Positions 53,601-64,000 of a stretch of 64,000 nucleotides of DNA are shown piece by piece. Below the pieces are notes generated by a model that worked only from the letters and a program-made list of their open reading frames with translations, was not told the origin of the DNA and did no database searches. The translations under genes were made by a program, and so were the position numbers. The DNA comes from Welwitschia mirabilis (lineage: Eukaryota): assembly GCA_051453625.1 (NCBI GenBank), contig JBOZIK010000001.1, positions 27,875,854 to 27,939,853 of the forward strand. The letters run 5' to 3'. Numbering within the stretch: the first letter of the stretch is position 1; each line of letters starts with the position of its first letter.

Positions 53601-56600
53601 ACTCAAACTAAGCTAGTATAAAAGTCATTTCATGGTTACAAAAGGAATAGTTTTTAATACAAAATTTCTGAAAAAGAGATTTAAGCAAATGAACAAAATC
53701 TTTAAAAATTCCCTTCAAGGTTCTATAATATTGGATTAAGTAATTAATTAACCTAGAATCAAAAGTTTTATATTAACTTTGAGACCAATCAAATGATTAC
53801 CAAATTTTTAGATTAAAGCAATTTATTAATATAGAACATAGATTTTGGATTAAATCTTTAATTTATCCCAAAAATTCACTTTATTTCGAAATCAAAGTGG
53901 ATGTCATTCTTGAAAATGATCTAAGATTATTAAAGACCTTCCCATTCTTTACTTTATCTTTATATGTGATACCTCTTGTGTCTCATTCTTTAAAATATTA
54001 TATGAAAAGAGGATGAGGGTTTTAGGGGATCCATTAAGAACCCTCAAGTTCTTAATAACTACCATCCTCCTCCAAATTATTAATGCACCTTAATTCTAAC
54101 TCAATTTATAGTGTTTTAGGATCTTCATTAAGAACCCTTAAGTTCTTAATGATTTCCCTCAAAAACCATGATAACAAGCTAGTACTGAGGATTTTATATG
54201 ATCATTTCTTATACGTCTTTCCAATCTAAATCCCATTTTTCACTACCCTCTATCTCGACCCTCCATAAAATGGCTCTAAATTGAGCTACATCTTTTCAAA
54301 TCATTATTTTAAATATTCCATGTTAGCCTTTCCTATTAAATTCTTAATATATATTAAAAAAAGTTAACAAAACCATCCAACTTTAAGTTAAATTAATTTT
54401 ACATGTACCATGTTAGATTATAAAGTATGGTAATTGGTAAGTTTGCAATTACTTTGCATGTTAATTTTTTATGTGCTTTTATTTTTTCCTTGCAATGGAA
54501 TTTGTATGAATTCAATTATCTCCCATGACTTTTTAAGTAATTATTATTTTTGAAGTTAAATGTTTTAAGTTTTTAAAGGCATTCAGGAGAATGCAATTTT
54601 TTTTTAAAGGGGTAGAATGAAATACATACAAATGAAATCATTTGTTTACTTCATTTTACATGTATTATTTAAAAAATGTATTCAAGCCCTTTACCATTTT
54701 ACATGCTTAAAATATTTAAAACAATAATTTCTTAAAAAATTCATTCTCCTATTTGGAAATGAGTTTGAAGTTTTGTTATTTGTATTTTATGAATTGAAGC
54801 AAAACCTGTACTAGGGATTTATGCTATAAATCCTTAGATAAGCTAAATCAAAGCCCAATTAATAGTTTTTAATATTTGTCAAAAAACTAGTTAACTTAGT
54901 AAAAGTGCTAAAACCATAATTAAGTTAACTTATAAACTAATTAAAAGTTATGATTATTAATTAGGTAAATTAAAAGTAAGCTAACTAAAATTAACTAATG
55001 TTATTAGTTACATAATTAGATGAGACTTTGAACAAAAAATACTAAATTCCTACCTTACTTAAATAAGTTAAGCCAAGTTTAAATACAAAAACTAATTAAT
55101 AGTCTCTACTCTTAGCCAAGTAGTTGAATAAATTTATTAAACTAAAAGTTCTAATTAGTACATGATATTCATAAATTTATTGATTATTAAAATTTAAGGG
55201 AAAAAGAAAGGTTTACTTAAGAATAATTAGTAATCTTTGTTGCTAGTTTGAGAACTCGTTAACTTTATCCAAGACTATGAATATATTTATGTTATTCAAA
55301 TTAAATTATTTAGATAAAAAAAAATTTCATGTTATCATTGTTTTAAAATGAATAGTCTATTTATCAGAATTTAGAATTATATCTTCTCTAGACTTTATAG
55401 GACTATTCATATACCCCTAGCTAGCAAATTTTATAATTAAGGTGATTAAAGTAGAATCGATTAACTACTTGATAATGAAGGAAGGATTTAATTTTAAAAT
55501 AATATTTACCTTTCATAGGAACCTACAGTGCAAATAAGACAAGAAAGTGCTTGAAATTGTTTTGGCTAGTATGGATGTCTTCTTTTCCCAAGAGGATCTT
55601 CAAAGAATACTAAATTCAAAAAATGAAGGAAGATACATAAGATAAATTAGCAAGAAAGAAGATTTAAAGCTTAATTTAGATTCAAAGCATAGTTTACAAT
55701 TGTTAGGACATACTGCAGTTATTAGAAAGATATACATTAATAAAGATTTAGAACCTCAACTATTTATTATATCTAGAATGATGGTAGTAATCTTAAACCT
55801 CCATTAAATAAGTAAAAGGAAGTGATGTTGCTAGGTTTATATATATCTGAGGCTATAAAGGATTCCACTAGTTAGAAAAATGTGAATTTTAGTAAAGGAA
55901 GTTTCAAGGTATGATAACATATATTTCAAAAATAAGAAAATTGAAAACTAATGAAATATTTATTAGGATTTCTTATTATCATAATTGGAATTTTAAATTA
56001 CAAGGAAATTGATCCAAGAGTTAATAAGTCTCATATAGAAGTCAAATACCTCTGTCTATTTTGGGTTACGAAACTTAATATTCTAAAAATCCATTGAGAA
56101 AAAGTGAGTCTAAGAACTTCTACTACCATAAAGTCAACACCAGCTAAGGTAAAAAAGCTATCTGTAAGTTAAATTTTCATAGAATGATTATTGCAAATTC
56201 TATCCTGGCCTAAATCCATTAGTAGACCTAAGAGAATGATAAATTATATATAATATATAGAGCCTTAAACACACTTAGAGAGAAAATATAGCTTTCTATG
56301 TAGGACAGGGAGGAGTTTAAAGTAGAAAAAATGTAGATTTCATGCATACAAATTAAAAATGCATTTTTAAAGATGTAGTTAAAGTAAAAGAGGTAGAAGA
56401 TTAAAGTAATACAATTGGAAATGAAAGATAGAACAATAGCTGCTTGTTCCTCTAATACATAAAAATAACTGTAGAACAACTACAAGAAGTACATGAAAGA
56501 ATACCAAAATTATAAGTAATTCTAAAAGAAAAAATGGCTCTAGAAAGTAGGTTAAGAGAGAAACTAGAATTAATTATCTTCTTGTTATAGAACTTGACAA

Positions 56601-58265
56601 CTTCAAAAAAATATGATGTAGCCTATATAACATAGTAGTAAAAATTTATCATATTCATACATAATGAAGGGTTATTTCCCTTATCTAAGAAACATTCTTA
56701 TATCATTTTTGTGAGTTTATAATGTACTAATGAAAAATATATGAAATTTTAAGCTAATGCAGAGGGATATAGGAAAAAATAGGTAGATTATTTAGCTTCT
56801 AATAATACTTATCAAAGCATCGTTAAAGCTAATAAAAGATTAATTTAATAATTGTTAAAGAGAAGAGCCAGCTATAGGCAAAAATTAACAACATTGATAG
56901 GTTACAAAGACTTATGCAATAAAAAAATAATCTAGCTTTGAGCTCTATCCTATCAAAAGTAAAAGAAGAGATTAAAAATAGAGTGAAAATAGTTAGGAAA
57001 CTAACTGAATGTAGCCATTTTGAAAGATTTAACTAATATGGATTAGATAAACTATATCCTAACAAATGCAAGAAAGATTGAACCTAAAATTAAGGGATTG
57101 TATAAAATAATAATTATTATATTTAAAAAGTAATATTATACTAATATGTCTAGAATCAACTCAAACCATCATACAAAACTTGAAAAATAAAAATATGAAA
57201 TTATTAGATCATACTAAAATGATGGAAGTTAGATTGGGTAAAAGATTAAGCTTTTTCTTTTAATGAAATTAGAGTCCTAAGAAATATGGATTACTATCCA
57301 TAAAAATGATATGATTTTATGGAAAATTTTTAGAAACAATTATAGAATGTAATATAAAAGTTTTCTAAGGGTTGATTAAATATTAATAAAATTTTTAGTA
57401 CTTATACAAAACAATTGCAAAATTCAAAGAGCAATTTTAATGAGAAGAGAAGAGACCTGTCTATTGAGTAGATAATAAACTTAATAAAGACCATATCCAC
57501 CAAAGTTAGCAAAATTATTGAAGGAAGTAAGATGAACTTAAATGGAATCCCTTAACAACATCTGTAGCAACTTCGCCTACTTTAGAAAAGGATATTTTCA
57601 TATATGAATATGATAAGGGGTGTATTTATTCTTAAATTTGAATTTAGAGATACTATAGAGGTTTGCACAATTTTCTTTAGACATACTTCTAGGGAAGGGA
57701 TAATTGTTCATACTACATTTATTTCTTTTACTTCCTCATCTTCTACTATGCCTTAAGAAACTTAACCAAAGGATCTTCCTATTTCAAAAAGAAGAAGAAG
57801 AATTTTATATGATGAGGTTACTATAAGAAAAAGAGGAAAAGAAAAAGCTATAATAATTTAAGAAGTCCTAGTTCCTAAGAAAATTAAAGCACTAAATTTA
57901 TAAGATCTAGCTCTATTAAAGGAGTACAGAAAATTCTTGAAATAAATTAGGCAAAAAAGAAAATCTGCATAGTTAGCTTTATAGCAAAATAGAAAAGAAT
58001 TGCTTAATAAATAATGTTTCAAAAATAAAATAAAGAAATAATTGTATTCTAAAAATTAATTAGGGATTAACAAAACCTTAAGCATGGCAGAAACTAATGA
58101 GTAAAGAATTTATATATTTATTTTATAATTTGATTAACTTGCTTAAATTAATTAATGTGTGTTTTATATATTTTTGGTTAGTACTTTAGTTAGTGAAGTG
58201 ATTATTATATAGAAAACATTTACATATATATACATACCTCTACATATGTTATTATACTTTGATAA
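50648..58265 (+). mobile_element. Internally deleted family B Gypsy element: 5' LTR 50648-51655, PBS, gag, RT fragment, long 3' region, PPT, truncated 3' LTR 58095-58265
   Basis: TGAT..TATCA LTR followed by TTTTGGCACTATAAGAAGG; 58095-58265 repeats 50648-50820 after a PPT-like tract; assigning everything to one element is inferred. Confidence 0.65.
51850..53700 (+). pseudogene. Family B gag joined by deletion to an RT fragment
   Basis: gag homologous to reverse 40520-41820; FIDQVIER, ELPYGLCNTLGTFQ, EVFMDDF (ORF 53395-53616); protease absent. Confidence 0.85.
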
Positions 58266-58841
58266 TGATATTAGTAGAAGCTTGATGAGCCTAGTTAATT
58301 TTAGCTAGTTTGAAAATGTCTAAGAGAAGCAAATATGTCTTTGACTTATTAGATATCTTTCATGATTTCAAAAAATTGATAGAATATGTCTTTGATGTAT
58401 CAAACATCTTTCTTGAAAGTTACATAAGTAAATTTCAATTTTGTGAAGATGTTAATGATTTGGTAGAAATCTAGAATTTTAATGACTAAAAAAATTAAAT
58501 TCTATCAAGATATCTTTGACGCTAAATACATATATTTCATGGATTTGATATGTCTACAAATTTCAAGATGTCTAACCTATAAGATAGTTTCAAAATGGGT
58601 TTAAAAAAAATGTTAAAACAAAGTTCTAATGATGAAATTTAATGGCTAATGTATCTAATAACATGTGTGTGATAAATATAACACTTGAAAAGAGAATTTA
58701 AATCCTCAAAAACATTATTTTTTTGTGATCTTTAATCAAATATGAAATTCTTTTCTTGATTGGTATAAAATGACATAAAAAACTATCAAATAATTAAATC
58801 CTTTAAGAAATCTTTAAAAATCATTAAACTTTCTTTGAATT

Positions 58842-61800
58842 TGCTGTGTTATGAATTCATGCAATCTTGAAGTTCTTTAAGTAAACTTATAAATCAAATA
58901 ACTTGCAAAAAACACATACTAGTATAGATGGGAGTTCACCCAAATGTCATAATCATAATGAAGGCACTAAGCTAAGAGTTAGAGAATAGATTTCCAATAT
59001 GTTTTTGATCTTTCATCTTATAAAAACTAAAAAGAAATAAATAAGTAAATGCAATGCAAATGAACAAAAATGAAATGCACATAGAAATGAAATGAACTCT
59101 CTTGGTTCCTAATCATTCTATCATAAGGAGTAGCCTCTCTATAATTTAGATTAATTAAGTAGAGTATTCACTAGTTCTTAACAAATATAAACTATGAGAT
59201 CTACCAAGTAGAATATAAAATGAAATGTAAAAAGAAATGGAAAAGCAATGTAAATCTAATATTAAACAAGGTCAACCTAAACCAAGGTTACCCTTATGAT
59301 TTAGATAAATGATAGAGTTATCACAATAAACTATAGTCAATGTAAATCATAAGGGACATACATAATGGAAATGAAATAGAAATTGTATTGATTAAAAATA
59401 CTATTTGAATTAACTCAAGAAGTTTACATCCACTTATAGACAGAATAACAACACCTCAATGGAAGAGACTCAGCATAACACTAAGGTAACTCCTTTTTGT
59501 AGCTCTAGATGGATCTCTTACCCTTTAATCTCCTATCACAATCATATCAGGTATAAAGGATGGAAACAAAAATGAAAAAGGTGAAGGTATTTATAGTTTT
59601 TCATTGAGGTTCTAGAAACTAAATCCTAGAAGTTAGAAAAGAAATTCTAATAACCCACATGAATCACTTGACCACATTACAAAGATATTTTTTTTGAAAT
59701 ATACAAGAAATAGATATTGTTTTGACTATTGTTGGGATAATATGGGGGACATTACCATATGTTAAATATCTTTATGCCCCAATGTCAGCCCTATAACTTT
59801 TATCCATATCAGTAGTATCATCATCCTGCATGTCGTGGGGATGACATAAGGGATGACAATTTTTTTATCTCCAATATCAAAGGTAAATTAGTATTTTGCA
59901 TTATGAAGTATTCTTCTAAATATGCAGTGTTAGAATAAGCCTGAGAAACCACCAAATATGCTAAGAATCACATGTTTTACTGATTATTCTATAAGATATC
60001 CATTCTCATCAGTATTACATCCAAACTTGTGTAAATGTCCTACAAAAGCACTTAAAATACACCATCAAATTTCTATAAATTTGCATCATAACATAGCCTC
60101 CTATTTAGCCTTATTAGTTCCTGATAAAGTAAGTAATTAACTAGATTACAAGCCAACTTGACTAAGATAAACAATGCTGAAAAGATGTAAATTGAGTTCC
60201 ATTACATCATGTAAGAAAATAATATTACCAACAGGTAACTGATACAAATGTTAAAAAATTTTCTTAGGCCCCCTACTTAAGCATGTAACTATAGAATAAA
60301 TGAATGCTATACACATACAAAAATCATAAAAATGTAACTTTAGTGGCTTATGGAAAGAAACTGTATATGCATATTACAAAAACAATGGTAATGGATTGAT
60401 GTGACAAACTTAAGTAGTGATATCCTCCAATGAGTAATGGATTTAACTTCATTAGTATCATCATAAGGGCAAAGGATACAACATTTTTCAAGATGATATA
60501 AAACATGGCAATTGAAAAATCTTGTAAGTGTNNNNNNNNNNNNNNNNNNNNNNNNNNNNNNNNNNNNNNNNNNNNNNNNNNNNNNNNNNNNNNNNNNNNN
60601 NNNNNNNNNNNNNNNNNNNNNNNNNNNNNNNGAATAAGCCTGAGAAGCCATAAAATATGCTAAGAATCACATGTTCCACTAATCATCCTATTAGTTCTTC
60701 ATAATCATTAGTATTGCATCCAAACCTATGTAAATTTCTTGCAAAAGCACTCAAAATACATCATCAAATTCCTATAAATTAGTGTCACAACATAGCTCCC
60801 CACATAGCCTTATTAGTCCCTAATAAAGTAAGTGATCAACTAAATTGCGAGTCAATTTGACTAAGATAAAATTATACAAAAAAGATGTAGATTGTATTTC
60901 ATTAAATCATGTAAGAAACAATATCACAAATAGATAACTGATACAAATGTTGAAAATTTTCTCTAAGCCCCTACTTAAGCATATCACTATAGAATAAATG
61001 AATGCTATAAACATATATAAAAAGGTAACTTTGATAGCTCATGAAATGAAAATTTATATGCATATTATAGAAATGATGATAATGGATTAATGTGATAGAC
61101 TTAAGTAGTGCTATCCTCCAAAGAGTAATGTATTTAAGTTCATTAAGGTCATCGTAAGGGCAAGGGACAAGAGTAGATATAGCATTTTTAGATGATCTGA
61201 AACATGGATATGGGAAAATATCATAAGTGTTGCTAGATCCTACAAGATAAAGTTCATGTATTCTACATAAATTTATTCAAATAACATGAAAAACTAATCC
61301 AAATAACTCATCATAAAGTTAGAACTTGAAATCTTAGAATATGAAAAATTTGTACTAAAAATTATTGAATAATACCTAGAAAGATTTCCTACCCCCTCAT
61401 CCCCCACAGAAGAAGCAAGATATCCCAAACTGCATCAAGAATAAAGGTGAGGTATCATCACCTTTATCATTGGAATGATAGGCATGGGATGATAGTCATC
61501 AAATAAGCTATATGGAGAAAAAGGTGAAACAAGAAAAATTTAGAAAATAAGAAAACACAAAAAAACAAAAGAAAGAAAACAAAAAACAAGGAAAAAGTGA
61601 ATAAACAACTTGAAGAACATCCCCATGATGGAGAATAAAAAGGTAATAGTTGAATAAAATGAACTAAGTAAAAATAAGAAATGCTCAAAGACTCCTCAAA
61701 TATGCCCAAACACATGGAAAAGAAGAACTGAAACTATTAGATTATGGGAACTTAGCAGAGAGAAAACAATAATCCTCTAGAAAAATTAAGGATAAATATC

Positions 61801-64000
61801 AAAAAGGAACTATAAAATAATTATATCCATAATGCAATGCTAAATAAGTATGGAAATAACTTTAAAAAATATAACAAATTAACTAAAGAAAAATAAAATT
61901 AAAAATGGACATAGGAACATAAAGAAGATTGCTTTCTTATCCTAAATGCTAATCTAAGAAATTCTCTTAGCAAAAATCGTAAAATCACCTAATAATGATG
62001 CATGGAATAATCTAAAAATTTATAAAGTTCCACTAGAATAGGCAATAATTATGATTATGTCGAGTATGATAATGTTATCAAACAATGAATGATAAGATAA
62101 AAAGTTGTTTTAAAATAGGAACTTACAAGCTACCATATCAAAACAGCACTAGAATCCAAAAAAGTAGAGTGATCATATGGAAATACTAGAAATAAATAAA
62201 GAAAAATGAGTTTAGAAAATAAGAAATACTTATGATAACACCTGGGATACCACTGATCTCATAGCCTTGAAATGCAATTTATTTTTCCATGACGAGGGGA
62301 GTGTAACAACTATCAGAGGAATAAGTACCGACACAATATGACTTACTGACCCCTTAATGGAGTTTTCACAGCTATTATAACACATTGCCAAAAGCCCCTC
62401 TCTAGAATATTTACCCCAATACACTTTGTTAGAACATTATGATTACCATGTGTTGGAGGTATAACGTGAAGAAACATGGTCTACTTTTCTTTTTTCTCTC
62501 TCTCTCTCTCTCTTTTTTTTTTTAGTATTATTCCACATAACCAAGTACTTGTAAGGATAAAAGTAAAGAAATAAGATGAGTAACAAAGTAAGAACATCTA
62601 AAAATAGCTAATTTGCTTATAGCATTAGAAGAAAACAAAAGAACCAAGGCATCTTCCTTTTAAAATAAAGTTCATAGACATATGAACGTTTAAAAATTAT
62701 ATGAAGCCAATCTTATCATTGAAAATATCCAAGTAAAATATTATTAATCATGAAAACTTTATTAGTAAATACATGTTAAGTTAAAGATATTCAAGTGATA
62801 ACATGATGTTTTCCTAAGGAATGCATTAAGAAAGAATTTAAATAATGGAAAAAGAAAGGTTTTTCTCATGAAGAGGGGCTTCCAAAATAAGTGCTTCTAG
62901 CATGTTCAAAGTTTCATCAAGAGATGACTCATAAAGTTTTAACCTTTATCCATTAACCTTTTAAATTTCTCTATTATTTAGATTAGAGATTTCAATTGAT
63001 CCATTTGAGTATACTTTTTTTACAAGATAAGGACTGAACCATTTAGAAGTTAACTTGTTGTGCAAAAGATGTATGTAGGTGTTATACAAAAGGATAAGTT
63101 GACTAGGTTCAAAATATCTATAAATAATCTTTTTATCATGTTTAAACTTCACTTGAGTTTTATGAATGAGTTGATAATGTAAAGCATGAATACACTTTTC
63201 ATCTAAATGATTTTAAGATTATCATTAAAGTCTACAAGGTTAAGTTAATGGATGTATCAATAAGAATTATAGCAAACATCAATGGGTAATACACGCACTT
63301 TGTCATACACAAGTTCATAGGGTGTGAAACCTAGAGTTACACCAAGTAGTACAGTAAGCCCAAAGAACATCATTAAGTTTAGAGGACCAAGTTTTCTTAT
63401 TGATAGAAAATAATTTTTAAAGCATTTTTTTAATTTCTCTATTTTCATTTTTAGCTTANNNNNNNNNNNNNNNNNNNNNNNNNNNNNNNNNNNNNNNNNN
63501 NNNNNNNNNNNNNNNNNNNNNNNNNNNNNNNNNNNNNNNNNNNNNNNNNNNNNNNNNNNNNNNNNNNNNNNNNNNNNNNNNNNNNNNNNNNNNNNNNNNN
63601 NNNNNNNNNNNNNNNNNNNNNNNNNNNNNNNNNNNNNNNNNNNNNNNNNNNNNNNNNNNNNNNNNNNNNNNNNNNNNNNNNNNNNNNNNNNNNNNNNNNN
63701 NNNNNNNNNNNNNNNNNNNNNNNNNNNNNNNNNNNNNNNNNNNNNNNNNNNNNNNNNNNNNNNNNNNNNNNNNNNNNNNNNNNNNNNNNNNNNNNNNNNN
63801 NNNNNNNNNNNNNNNNNNNNNNNNNNNNNNNNNNNNNNNNNNNNNNNNNNNNNNNNNNNNNNNNNNNNNNNNNNNNNNNNNNNNNNNNNNNNNNNNNNNN
63901 NNNNNNNNNNNNNNNNNNNNNNNNNNNATGGATAAAAAAAGTTTTCAAAAAAGTAATTAATAAAATGAGTTTTTTGATCACTAATAATAATTTGTGAAAA
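58842..64000 (-). mobile_element. 3' part of family A element: integrase C-terminus, 3' UTR, PPT, 3' LTR (58842-60093)
   Basis: ORFs 62961-63152 and 63257-63448 (GFTPYELVY, KLTSKWFSPY); PPT GGCTAAATAGGAGGCTA then TGTTATGATGC; may be two copies joined across the gap 60532-60631. Confidence 0.88.
62925..64000 (-). pseudogene. pol: Degenerate integrase, family A
   Basis: IISDQKTHFIN, ENREIKK, GFTPYELVYDK, VNG*RLKLYE. Confidence 0.9.

Noticed and set aside
9820-60093. LTRs 9820-11070 and 58842-60093 as ends of one element
   Set aside because: Flanks ATCAT vs AATTC do not match and the two integrase segments overlap, so they are separate copies

Overview
Very AT-rich, CpG-poor eukaryotic DNA, most likely plant heterochromatin, from a gapped assembly (8 N-runs). 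I see no intact host gene, RNA gene or CRISPR array. The window is a nest of heavily decayed LTR retrotransposons. There are two non-chromoviral Ty3/Gypsy (Athila-like) families: family A has ~1.05-1.35 kb TGTT..AACA LTRs and a tRNA-Asp-type PBS, and family B has TGAT..ATCA LTRs and a tRNA-Asn-type PBS. There are also at least two Ty1/Copia SIRE-like elements with a Met PBS and multiple PPTs. All coding regions are pseudogenes full of stops consistent with C>T/G>A decay. Main observations: (1) one family A element and its family B host are split into two oppositely oriented halves ~22 kb apart, linked by a matching TATAC target-site duplication and a rejoinable protease frame; (2) decayed extra env-like ORFs with similar motif order occur in both Gypsy and Copia elements; (3) a ~200-bp non-coding motif downstream of pol recurs in four copies from both Gypsy families; (4) a perfect 63-bp palindrome sits inside an otherwise eroded LTR. 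I found no convincing novel functional biological system. Internal coordinates were read by eye and are approximate.
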